DNA from: Anaerolineae bacterium
GTDB taxonomy: Bacteria > Chloroflexota > Anaerolineae > B4-G1 > SLSP01
NCBI GenBank assembly: GCA_035347995.1
Contig: DAOPQD010000006.1
Location: 1,019-65,018 of the forward strand
DNA: 64,000 nt
Direction of reading: 5' to 3'
Translations under genes and position numbers: made by a program
Part shown: positions 18,769 through 27,567 of the stretch, one piece after another
Layout of the letters: each line of letters starts with the position of its first letter
Position numbering within the stretch: position 1 is the first letter of the stretch
Notes under the pieces: model-generated
What the model was told of the DNA's origin: nothing
The model's input: the letters and a program-made list of their open reading frames with translations, nothing else
Database searches by the model: none

Positions 18769-20484
18769 ATGGCAGTGAAGAGTCAGGTGAGATTGGCTGA
18801 GCCACGCAATAATGTGCAGATGACATTGCCCGATGGACGAACGTTTGAGGGCGGGGTGGGCACGCCGCTGGAAACTTTTTTTCAGGCCGCGTACCCCGAT
18901 CCACCCGCTCCGTTGCTCGCGGCGCTCGTGGATGGCAACCTGCGCGAGCTGAGCTGGCCTGTCAAGCGTGACTGTATGGCCTCACCGATTGACCTTTCGC
19001 AATCCGATGGCGTCCGCATCTACCGCCGCTCTCTCACCTTTTTAATGATCGCCGTCATGCGGCGCCTGTTTCCGGACGTCGAAGTTTTTGTGGATCACTC
19101 CCTGCCCTTTGGCGGCTACTTTTGCGAGACGCCGCAACATGCGCCGCTCACAGAGGAACAATTGCACGCCGTGATGGAGGAAATGCGACGGTTGGTCGAG
19201 CGCGATGTCCCCATCCAGCACGAGCACGTGCCGCTCGATGAGGTGCTTGAGATTTTCCGTTCCCGTAACGAGATGGACAAAGTCGCGCTGTTCCAGACTC
19301 CCCTCCGCAATTCCAAGGGCTATCTCAATCTGTACAACCTCGAGGGCTACCGCGATTATTTCCACGGGTACATGGCGCCTTCGACGGGTTACCTGCGCTA
19401 TTTCGATTTGCTGCGCTGGGGGGATGGTTTCATCCTGCAGTTCCCGCGGCGGCACAAGCCCCGGGAGCTGCTCGAGCCCCATCATTCGCCGCAATTGGTC
19501 ACGGTCTTCCGTGAGTACGGTCGCTGGCTGCGCCTGTTGGGCGTGGAAAATGTGAGCGAACTGAATGCCTCGATTGCCGAGGAGCGGATCCGCCAGATTG
19601 TGCTGGTCTCCGAAGCGCTGCATGAGCAACGCATCGCCGATATTGCCGGTCAGATTTGGGCGCGGCGCGGGGACGTGCGCGTGGTATTGATCGCCGGGCC
19701 GTCCTCGTCGGGCAAGACGACGTTTTCCCGGCGGCTGGCAGTGCAGTTGCTGGCGCGCGGGTTGCGTCCTTTCGCCCTGGAGCTCGACAATTATTTTGTG
19801 GATCGCGAGGCGACGCCGCGCGATGAGAACGGCGACTACGACTTCGAGGCGCTGGAAGCTGTGGACCTGGAGCTCTTCAATCAGCAGTTGCAGGCGATGT
19901 TGCGCGGCGAGGAAGTGCGGCTGCCGCGTTTTAACTTCAAGCTGGGGCGGCGCGAGGAAGGTAAGCGGGTCAAACTGGGACCTGAGCACATCATTATCGT
20001 GGAGGGCATTCACGGGCTCAATCCCCGGCTTGTGTACACCATCCCGTGGGAACGCACTTTTCGCATTTTTGTGTCGGCGCTCACGCAGCTCAACCTCGAT
20101 CGCCACAGCCGCGTGCCGACGACCGATACCCGGCTCATCCGCCGCCTGGTGCGGGATGCGCGTACGCGCGGTTATTCCGCTGCCGACACCCTGGCGCGTT
20201 GGGAGAGCGTCCGTCGCGGCGAGAAAAACTACATCTTCCCCAATCAGGAATACGCGGACGTGATGTTCAACTCGGCGCTGGTCTATGAACTGGCGGTCCT
20301 CAAGCCCTTTGTGGAGCCGCTGCTGCTGCAGGTGGATCCCCATTCCCCGGAGCGGGTGGAGACGAAGCGGCTGTTTGCTTTCCTGCAATGGTTCCAACCC
20401 ATTTCGGCGGACCTGGTGCCGGAGAATTCTATTTTGCGCGAGTTCATCGGCGGGCAGGCTTTGGAAGACTTTCATTGGGACTGA
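18769..20484 (+). CDS. Fusion of ThrRS-like N-terminal (TGS + N2) domain with a uridine-kinase/phosphoribulokinase-family P-loop kinase
   Basis: RRSLTFLMIAVMRRLFPDVEV...GGYFCE resembles the ThrRS N2 domain. LIAGPSSSGKTTFSRRLA is a Walker A in the UK/PRK family. Confidence 0.7.
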   Translation: MAVKSQVRLAEPRNNVQMTLPDGRTFEGGVGTPLETFFQAAYPDPPAPLLAALVDGNLRELSWPVKRDCMASPIDLSQSDGVRIYRRSLTFLMIAVMRRLFPDVEVFVDHSLPFGGYFCETPQHAPLTEEQLHAVMEEMRRLVERDVPIQHEHVPLDEVLEIFRSRNEMDKVALFQTPLRNSKGYLNLYNLEGYRDYFHGYMAPSTGYLRYFDLLRWGDGFILQFPRRHKPRELLEPHHSPQLVTVFREYGRWLRLLGVENVSELNASIAEERIRQIVLVSEALHEQRIADIAGQIWARRGDVRVVLIAGPSSSGKTTFSRRLAVQLLARGLRPFALELDNYFVDREATPRDENGDYDFEALEAVDLELFNQQLQAMLRGEEVRLPRFNFKLGRREEGKRVKLGPEHIIIVEGIHGLNPRLVYTIPWERTFRIFVSALTQLNLDRHSRVPTTDTRLIRRLVRDARTRGYSAADTLARWESVRRGEKNYIFPNQEYADVMFNSALVYELAVLKPFVEPLLLQVDPHSPERVETKRLFAFLQWFQPISADLVPENSILREFIGGQALEDFHWD

Positions 20485-20535
20485 CCACGAATGGGACCAC
20501 GAATGGGGCCACGAATGGGACCACGAATGGGATTG
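20482..20535 (+). repeat. Tandem 12-nt repeat (ACCACGAATGGG) x4 starting at the stop codon of the kinase gene
   Basis: Seen directly: tgaccacgaatgggaccacgaatggggccacgaatgggaccacgaatggga. Confidence 0.7.
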
Positions 20536-20542
20536 ATGCGGC

Positions 20543-22324
20543 GTGACTTCGACGACCTCTCTTCAAGACGATACCGTGCTCTCTGAATCCATCTCCGAGG
20601 AGCTGCCGCCGGCGGGGGAGCCCGCTGTGCGCCGTCCTCGCCATCACGTCCTCTGGCGCGTGGCCCTGATCCTGTTGGCGCTGGTGCTCTTTGTCGCCGC
20701 TGTGGCCGGGGCGGGATACGCCGGGCTGTATTACGGCGAGCGCGATCGGGAGGCGCAGCGGCAGGCGACGCTGGATGAGCATTATCAAAATGGCCTGGTG
20801 GCGCTCAACAACGGCGATTACGAGCGGGCGCGGGCGCATTTCCAGTATGTCTTGCGGCTGGATCCGGGGAACAGCCTCGCCGCGCAGGGCCTGGCCGAGG
20901 CCGAGGCGCGCCTGGTGGCGAAACCTACTCCCACCTCTGAGGCCGTGCAGTCGCTCACCGAAATTCTGTTCCAACAGGCTCAGAGCGCCTATACCGCGCA
21001 GAACTGGACCGAGGCTGCCAGCAGCCTCACTCAACTGCGGGCGCTGGATCGCGACTATCGCGCTGCGGAAGTGGAAGCCATGCTCTTCGACAGCCTCTAT
21101 AACGCGGGTATGGCTTTTCTGGAGCAGGAGCAGCTCGAAGAAGGAATCTTCTACCTGGATCAGGCCGTGGCCTTACGTCCGCTGGACGTGAACGCCGCCA
21201 ATCAGCGCTCGTTGGCAGCGCGGTATCGCTCGGCGTTGCGCTTCTGGGGCGTGGATTGGGAACGCGCGATTGCCGAACTGGAAGCGCTGCATGCGTCGGC
21301 GCCCGATTACCGGGACGTGTTCCAGCGGCTGTATGATGCCAGGGTGGAATACGGGAATTCTCTGGTGGAAGCAGGGGAGATGTGTCCGGCGGAAGCCGCG
21401 TACACCAAAGCCCTGCTCATGGTTTCCAGCGCGCAGGTGGAGGAAAAGCGCGCTCAGGCGGCGCAGGCCTGCTTGATTGCGACGCCGGTGCCGCAGGAGG
21501 GGGGCGCGCCCGTCCTCACCCCGCAGGCGATCCCCGGCTTCACCGTGGGACGGCTGGCCTATCCCGTTTACAACGCCACGACCGGCGTCTATGATCTCTA
21601 TGCGCTCTATGCCGACGGCAAAATCCTGCGTGTGGCGGAGAATGGGGATCAGCCCTGGTGGGAATGGTATACAGGGCGGGTCATTTACCGCGATCGGCTG
21701 AACAATGCGATCTCGATGGTGTTGCCGGAGGAGGGGGTGCCGCAGCAGCTCTATGCGCCGGATGGCCGGGCCTGGCCTACGCTTTCGCGCGATGGGCAGC
21801 GCATCGCCTTCGCCCTGGTAGACGCCAATGATGCCTGGAATATTTATATTGCGACCACTTATGGCGGGAGTGAGCCCCAGCGGCTGGGGCTGGGCTGGGC
21901 GCCGGCATGGGGGCCGACGGGACAGCTGGCCTACACCGGCTGTGATGACACCGGCTGCGGCATCATCGTGGACAATCCCGACGACGATCAGCCGGGGACG
22001 CGCCTGACCGCCAGCAGCGATGACACCGCTGCGAGCTGGGCGCCGGGCGGCAATCTGCTCGCCTACATGACCAACGTCACAGGGAACTGGGACATCATGT
22101 TGTTGAATACGAGCGGCGGCGTGGCGCAGTTGACCTACGAATCTTCCGATGAGGGATTGCCGGTGTGGGCGCCTGACGGCAGTGGCGTGGCCTTCATCAG
22201 CAACCGCGATGGCAAATGGGCCCTTTACCTCGTGGACCCCGAGGGCAAGAATCCTCGCCGCATCCTCGATCTGGGCATCGAAATGCCGGGTTGGCAGCAT
22301 CAGCGGCTCTCGTGGGCGCCTTGA
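20543..22324 (+). CDS. Membrane-anchored TPR-repeat protein with C-terminal TolB-like beta-propeller (PD40/WD40-like repeats)
   Basis: N-terminal TM helix. TPR region. Repeated DG..(I)AF.S.R.G.W.IY blades. GTG start at 20543. Confidence 0.7.
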   Translation: MTSTTSLQDDTVLSESISEELPPAGEPAVRRPRHHVLWRVALILLALVLFVAAVAGAGYAGLYYGERDREAQRQATLDEHYQNGLVALNNGDYERARAHFQYVLRLDPGNSLAAQGLAEAEARLVAKPTPTSEAVQSLTEILFQQAQSAYTAQNWTEAASSLTQLRALDRDYRAAEVEAMLFDSLYNAGMAFLEQEQLEEGIFYLDQAVALRPLDVNAANQRSLAARYRSALRFWGVDWERAIAELEALHASAPDYRDVFQRLYDARVEYGNSLVEAGEMCPAEAAYTKALLMVSSAQVEEKRAQAAQACLIATPVPQEGGAPVLTPQAIPGFTVGRLAYPVYNATTGVYDLYALYADGKILRVAENGDQPWWEWYTGRVIYRDRLNNAISMVLPEEGVPQQLYAPDGRAWPTLSRDGQRIAFALVDANDAWNIYIATTYGGSEPQRLGLGWAPAWGPTGQLAYTGCDDTGCGIIVDNPDDDQPGTRLTASSDDTAASWAPGGNLLAYMTNVTGNWDIMLLNTSGGVAQLTYESSDEGLPVWAPDGSGVAFISNRDGKWALYLVDPEGKNPRRILDLGIEMPGWQHQRLSWAP

Positions 22325-22358
22325 TGCGGGCAAGGTTTGGGGTATAATTGGTTGTAAG

Positions 22359-22433
22359 CGGGGCGTGGCGCAGTTTGGTCAGCGCGCGCGGTTTGGGTCC
22401 GCGAGGCCGTCGGTTCAAATCCGACCGCCCCGA
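22359..22433 (+). tRNA. tRNA-Pro (anticodon TGG)
   Basis: Hand-folded cloverleaf. Acceptor CGGGGCG/CGCCCCG. D-arm GCGC-AGTTTGGTCA-GCGC. Anticodon stem CGCGG/CCGCG with loop TTTGGGT. T-arm GTCGG-TTCAAAT-CCGAC. Discriminator A. No encoded CCA. Confidence 0.8.
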
Positions 22434-22439
22434 CAGCAA

Positions 22440-22470
22440 GCGCGAGGAACTTTTAGCTCCTCGCGCTTTG
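22440..22470 (+). terminator. Intrinsic terminator after tRNA-Pro (GCGCGAGGA-acttttagc-TCCTCGCGC + TTTG)
   Basis: Seen directly. Confidence 0.5.
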
Positions 22471-22774
22471 CGTTGATGACGTAACTGACCCGAAAACCGC
22501 AGGGGCAGCGCGAAGTTCTCCCCGTGCCCCCGGCGCGCGGCGATGAAGGGCCCCCTTAACGGCAGCGTTTTCTGATTCTCGATCATGCCCGGCGCGGAGG
22601 ACGCTGCCTGCCCGTTTTTGGCAAGTGGGTGTATAGTAGCCCTCATGCCGACCGGAATGATTTTCGCTATCCAACGCCGCGCGGCGGAGGAGAACTTCGC
22701 ATCACGGCGCTCTTTTCCCGCCGTTGATTGCTGCCTTGTGTGATTCGGGTATGATAGCTGTGGAGGAAGACGTC

Positions 22775-23650
22775 ATGCATACACTACGCGCCCTGCTCAA
22801 AACCATGCGTCCCAAACAGTGGACGAAGAATGGCTTCATCTTTGCTGCGCTCATCTTCGACAAAAAGATTTTTGAGCCGCCTTATTTCTGGCGGACGATG
22901 GCCGGCTTCATGCTGTTCAGCCTGGTCTCTGGCGTCGTCTACATCCTCAACGACCTGACCGACATCGAAAAAGATCGTCAGCATCCCCGCAAACGGCAGC
23001 GCCCCCTGGCTTCTGGCACGCTCTCGCCGCGGCTAGCGCTGGAATGCGCCATCGTCGTGGCCGTGCTCTCGCTGGCGGCGGCATTCTGGCTCTCTGTGAG
23101 CTTTGGCCTGATCCTCGCCGGCTATCTGGTGTTGCAGATCGCTTATTCGCTGTACTTCAAGAACGTCGTGCTGTTGGACATCATTGTCATTGCGGCGGGG
23201 TTCGTGTTGCGGGTGGCGGCAGGGGCGGCGTTGGTGGATGCGGAGAACTTCTCGCCGTGGTTGTACATCTGTACGACGCTGCTGGCCCTGTTCCTGGCGT
23301 TGGGCAAGCGCCGCGGCGAGTTGATGCTGCTCGGCGAGGAGGCCGGCAATCACCGCGAGAGCCTGCAATTCTACACCTGCGAGCTGTTGGATCAGCTCAT
23401 CAGCATGGTGACTTCCTCGACGTTGGTGGCGTACGCGCTGTACACCTTCTCCGCGCCGAACCTGCCCCAAAATCACGCGATGATGCTGACCGTGCCTTTC
23501 GTCATCTACGGGCTTTTCCGTTACCTGTATCTGGTTCATGCCGAGGGCATCACCCTGGCGCCGGATGAGGTGTTGCTGGTTGACCATCCGCTGCAGGCGG
23601 ATCTGGTGTTGTGGGCGGCGATGTCGGCAGGCATTTTGTATCTGGCGTAG
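22775..23650 (+). CDS. UbiA-family prenyltransferase (decaprenyl-phosphate phosphoribosyltransferase-like)
   Basis: ...ILNDLTDIEKDRQHPRKRQRPLASG Asp-rich UbiA motif. 8-9 TM helices. Start taken at MHTLRALL (22775). Confidence 0.7.
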   Translation: MHTLRALLKTMRPKQWTKNGFIFAALIFDKKIFEPPYFWRTMAGFMLFSLVSGVVYILNDLTDIEKDRQHPRKRQRPLASGTLSPRLALECAIVVAVLSLAAAFWLSVSFGLILAGYLVLQIAYSLYFKNVVLLDIIVIAAGFVLRVAAGAALVDAENFSPWLYICTTLLALFLALGKRRGELMLLGEEAGNHRESLQFYTCELLDQLISMVTSSTLVAYALYTFSAPNLPQNHAMMLTVPFVIYGLFRYLYLVHAEGITLAPDEVLLVDHPLQADLVLWAAMSAGILYLA

Positions 23651-23681
23651 GAGCTCGAAGAGGGGCCGGCGAGGAGTGGCA

Positions 23682-24605
23682 GTGGAAAGCAGCGCTCCCG
23701 GAAAAGTGATTCTGTGCGGGGAACATAGCGTGGTCTACGGCTATCCCGCGATGGCGGCGCCGGTGATGGGGGTACGCTGCCGGGCGTGGGTCGAAGCTGC
23801 CGCATCCGGCAGCGGCCTGTCGCTCGTTGCCGTGGACCTGGGCGAGCGCCTGGCTCTGCGGGCAGCGCCGCCCGATCAGCCGCTGGCGGCGCTGGCGCGT
23901 CTGGTGTTGGCGCACCTGGGCTGTGAGGAACCGGATGCCGTGCTCACCGTGCACTCCGACCTGCCCATCGCGGGGGGCTTGGGGAGTGGCGCGGCCGTCT
24001 CGGTGGCGGCGGCCCGCGCCCTTGCCGGCTTCCTGGGAGTGACGCTTTCCCCCGCAGCTCTCAGTGCCCTGGCTTACGAGGTGGAGAAACTCCATCACGG
24101 GACGCCTAGCGGCATTGATAACACCGTCATCGCCTGGGAGCGCCCCGTGTATTTCGTCAAGGGGCAGCCGCCTGAGGTGCTGGCGATCCCTGCGCCGTTG
24201 CGGTTGCTCATCGCCGATAGCGGCATTGGCGCCGTGACCCGCGAGGCGGTCGCGGCGGTGCGTCAACGCCGTGAGGCCCATCCCGCTTATTACGAGGCGC
24301 GGTTCGCGCAGATCGGCGCGCTCGTGTCGGCAGCGCGCGCCGCCTGGGAGCAGCAGGATCTGCCGACGTTGGGGCAGCTGTTGGATGCGAATCAGGCGCT
24401 CCTGGCAGAGATCGGCGTTTCTACGCCGCGACTGGAAGCGCTGATCACGGCGGCGCGGCAAGCCGGCGCCCTGGGGGCCAAACTCACCGGTTCGGGCATG
24501 GGGGGCAATATCATCGCTTTGGTGACGGCGGAAGGGATGCCTGCTGTAGCAGACGCCTTGCGAGTGGCGGGCGCCGTTCACGTGTGGCAGACGATCACGG
24601 AGTGA
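23682..24605 (+). CDS. mvk: Mevalonate kinase (GHMP kinase)
   Basis: SAPGKVILCGEHSVVYG N-terminal motif. GHMP ATP motif PIAGGLGSGAA. GTG start at 23682 lies 5 nt after AGGAG. The track ORF begins earlier, inside the upstream gene. Confidence 0.8.
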   Translation: MESSAPGKVILCGEHSVVYGYPAMAAPVMGVRCRAWVEAAASGSGLSLVAVDLGERLALRAAPPDQPLAALARLVLAHLGCEEPDAVLTVHSDLPIAGGLGSGAAVSVAAARALAGFLGVTLSPAALSALAYEVEKLHHGTPSGIDNTVIAWERPVYFVKGQPPEVLAIPAPLRLLIADSGIGAVTREAVAAVRQRREAHPAYYEARFAQIGALVSAARAAWEQQDLPTLGQLLDANQALLAEIGVSTPRLEALITAARQAGALGAKLTGSGMGGNIIALVTAEGMPAVADALRVAGAVHVWQTITE

Positions 24606-24606
24606 G

Positions 24607-24942
24607 GTGCTTATGGACGAGTTCATCCAGGTGATCACAACAACGACAGAAAAGGCGGAAGCGGAGCGCATTGCGCGCGCTTTGGTGGAGATGGGGCTTG
24701 CGGGGTGCGTTCAAATCATAGGGCCGATCCTCAGCATCTACCGCTGGCAGGGGACGATCGAAGAGGCGCCGGAGTGGTTGTGCCTGATTAAAACTTCCCG
24801 CGCCAACTATGCGGAGGTCGAGGCGACCCTTCGCTGCCTGCACTCCTACGAGACGCCGGAGATCTTGGCGGTTCCCATCGTGGCTGGCAGTACGGCTTAC
24901 TTGCGCTGGCTGGCGGCGGTGCTGGAAGCGCCTCGGGGATGA
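24607..24942 (+). CDS. cutA: Divalent-cation tolerance protein CutA
   Basis: ...CVQIIGPILSIYRWQGTIEEAPEWLCLIKT...SYETPEILAVPI is the CutA1 fold signature. Confidence 0.75.
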   Translation: MLMDEFIQVITTTTEKAEAERIARALVEMGLAGCVQIIGPILSIYRWQGTIEEAPEWLCLIKTSRANYAEVEATLRCLHSYETPEILAVPIVAGSTAYLRWLAAVLEAPRG

Positions 24943-25739
24943 GCGAAGAGCTGGTGTTTGTCAAACTGGGCGGATCGTTGATCACCGACAAGCGTCGGGA
25001 GTCCACGGTCCGCGCCGGCACCCTGCGGCTGCTGGCCGAGGAACTGCACGCGGTGCTGACGGCAAAGCCCGATTTGCGCCTGCTGTTGGGTCATGGTTCC
25101 GGCTCCTTCGGGCACTGGGAGGCCAGCCGTTACAACACCCGTGCGGGAGTGCGCACGCCTGCCGAGTGGCGCGGCTTCACCCAGGTGAGCGCCGCCGTTC
25201 TACGGCTCAATCGCATCGTCGTGGATACCTTCACGCGGGCCGATGTGCCGGTGTTGAGCCTGCAACCCTCCGCTTCGGCGGTCGCCGAAGACGGGCGCCT
25301 GGTCAGCCTGGCGTTGCTGCCGATCCAACGCGCTTTGGACGCCGGCCTCATCCCGTTAGTCTTCGGCGATGCGGTTTTTGACAGTGTGCGGGGCGGCACC
25401 ATCCTCTCGACCGAAGACATATTTTTCTATCTCACCCCCTTGTTGCGCCCTGCGCGGATTTTGCTCTTCGGAAATGCGCCGGGGGTGTTGGACGATCGTC
25501 GTGCGGTGATCCCGCTCATCACCCCCGGCACGTATGCGCAAGTCGAGCCGTTCTTGCGGGGCGCCGGAGGAGTGGATGTGACCGGCGGTATGGCGGACAA
25601 AGTCACGCACATGATGGCGCTGGTGCAGGCGGCGCCCGGCCTGAGCGTGCACATCCTCACCGGCATCGAAAGTGGCAACCTCACGCGCGCGCTGCTGGAA
25701 CCGGAGAGCCTCTCTGGGACGCACATCCGTGCTGATTGA
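24939..25739 (+). CDS. ipk: Isopentenyl phosphate kinase (amino-acid-kinase family)
   Basis: MSEELVFVKLGGSLITDK... ; ...LGHGSGSFGH... ; co-located with mevalonate kinase. Confidence 0.75.
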   Translation: MSEELVFVKLGGSLITDKRRESTVRAGTLRLLAEELHAVLTAKPDLRLLLGHGSGSFGHWEASRYNTRAGVRTPAEWRGFTQVSAAVLRLNRIVVDTFTRADVPVLSLQPSASAVAEDGRLVSLALLPIQRALDAGLIPLVFGDAVFDSVRGGTILSTEDIFFYLTPLLRPARILLFGNAPGVLDDRRAVIPLITPGTYAQVEPFLRGAGGVDVTGGMADKVTHMMALVQAAPGLSVHILTGIESGNLTRALLEPESLSGTHIRAD

Positions 25740-25917
25740 AAGATTCACTGAGCGGTGCGGGCTGATAGGAGGCATTTCCCATGCCCCCGTCTTCTTCTCC
25801 TCGCGTTGTACCGCCTCATGGGATTGTGGTTGAGATAGGCTGGATGGATGCTTTACCTTCTGTGTGCGAAATACAACGAGTAACGTTGTTTTTGATGCAA
25901 GAAACGCGAAGTGTCCG

Positions 25918-26757
25918 ATGATGTCCAACAAAAACCTCGGCTCAATGGGTGCGCGATTGCTCACGGCGTTGGTAGAAGAGAATCGTCAGGTTTTTTCAAT
26001 CGCCGATGCCCAGCGATATCTTAGCGCATATGCGGACAAACCTTATTCGTATGCAGCCGCAAATGAGCTCTTGCGCCGTCTGGGACGGGCCGGTTGGGTA
26101 GTGCGCCTGAGCGCCGGGCGCTATGCACTTGTCCCATTGACATCAGGCAACACCCTCACGCCGCAACTCAACCGCTATGTAATTGCCCGGGAGGTGTTGG
26201 GGAATGCACCCTACTATATCTCACATGAAAGCGCGATGGAAGTTCACAATCTGCTCACCCATCCTGTGGGACAAGTGCTGGTGACTACCCCCAGGCGTTT
26301 GGCATCGCGTGAGATTTTGGGGATACCTTATCGCTTCATCTATGCGCCCCCTGTTGGCATCTGGGGCAACGAGCTGCGATGGGTGACCCCTTATGAGCAG
26401 GTAATGGTCAGTGACCTTGAGAGGACCTTGCTTGATGGCCTCATGCGTACTGATCTGTGTGCTGGCATTGGACAGGTTGCTACGGCGCTCTGGATGCGCC
26501 ATGATGAGCTTGATGGGGAGAAATTGGCGGATTATGCTGAGCGGGCGCATCATCGTGCTGCTGCCCAACGCCTGGGTTATTTGCTGGAACTTTATGGATT
26601 AGGGACGCCGGATTTGGCAGCCAGGCTTCTGGGGCTGAGAGGAACAGCATACGCTCTCTTGGACCCATTGTTGCCGGATGAGGGTCCCTACCTCTCGCGT
26701 TGGCGTTTGCGCATCAACATCGAACCGGAAACATTACAAAGCAGCATTAGGACGTGA
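25918..26757 (+). CDS. AbiEi-family antitoxin / transcriptional regulator (type IV TA, COG5340-like)
   Basis: N-terminal wHTH-like region (LLTALVEENRQVFSIADAQRYL). Typical ~280 aa length. Directly followed by an AbiEii gene. Confidence 0.65.
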   Translation: MMSNKNLGSMGARLLTALVEENRQVFSIADAQRYLSAYADKPYSYAAANELLRRLGRAGWVVRLSAGRYALVPLTSGNTLTPQLNRYVIAREVLGNAPYYISHESAMEVHNLLTHPVGQVLVTTPRRLASREILGIPYRFIYAPPVGIWGNELRWVTPYEQVMVSDLERTLLDGLMRTDLCAGIGQVATALWMRHDELDGEKLADYAERAHHRAAAQRLGYLLELYGLGTPDLAARLLGLRGTAYALLDPLLPDEGPYLSRWRLRINIEPETLQSSIRT

Positions 26758-26760
26758 GAT

Positions 26761-27567
26761 ATGATACCTCCAGGCGAAGTGGCACGTCTTGCGCATCGAG
26801 CAAGAGTGAGCGATAAGACAATCGAAGCCGATTATGTGTTGACATGGACTTTATTGGCGCTGGCTAATTTATCCTTGCGTAACACTTTGGCGTTTAAAGG
26901 GGGCACCGCTCTCAAAAAGATGTATGTGCCAGATTATCGCTTCTCTGAGGACCTGGACTTCACAGTACTCGAAAAGATTTCCAATGCTGATTTGCTCGTC
27001 GAATTCGAGAAACTCTTTGTGTGGTTGCGCCGTGAGGTCAACCTCACGGTCGCGGTGCGCCGCCTGGAAATCCATGTAACGGGCAATCCGGCTCTGTATC
27101 TTAACTACATAGGCCCCTTGCAGGGTAATCTGGAAAGCCGATTTTTCAAGGTTGATTTCACTCATAATGAGCAAATCGTATTCCCCCTCTCTGAACTGCC
27201 GGTAAAATCTCCTTATAGCGATTGCCAGCAACGTTTGGAGACGCTGTGTGTTTATTCTCCCGAAGAAATCCTGGTCGAGAAACTCTGTGCATTGTTGGGG
27301 CGAACCGAACCACGCGACTTGTACGATATTCACTACATCTTTGAGCATGACCTGGCTGATATCGAAACCGTTTCCTACAAAATAGGTGACAAAATGGCTC
27401 TCAAGGGCTTGCAGCAAACTGCGTTGCGGGACGTTTTGGCGCGCAAGCATCATGCACTGGAGCGGCTATGGGAATTGCGATTGCGAGGGCAAATGCCGGA
27501 ATTGCCCTCCCTGGAAACCGTCATTCGTGAGACCGAGCGACATTTGCGACGGTGCGGGCTGATATGA
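26761..27567 (+). CDS. AbiEii/AbiGii-family nucleotidyltransferase toxin (DUF1814)
   Basis: ...LAFKGGTALKKMYVPDYRFSEDLDFTV... is the nucleotidyltransferase signature of the family. Confidence 0.75.
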   Translation: MIPPGEVARLAHRARVSDKTIEADYVLTWTLLALANLSLRNTLAFKGGTALKKMYVPDYRFSEDLDFTVLEKISNADLLVEFEKLFVWLRREVNLTVAVRRLEIHVTGNPALYLNYIGPLQGNLESRFFKVDFTHNEQIVFPLSELPVKSPYSDCQQRLETLCVYSPEEILVEKLCALLGRTEPRDLYDIHYIFEHDLADIETVSYKIGDKMALKGLQQTALRDVLARKHHALERLWELRLRGQMPELPSLETVIRETERHLRRCGLI

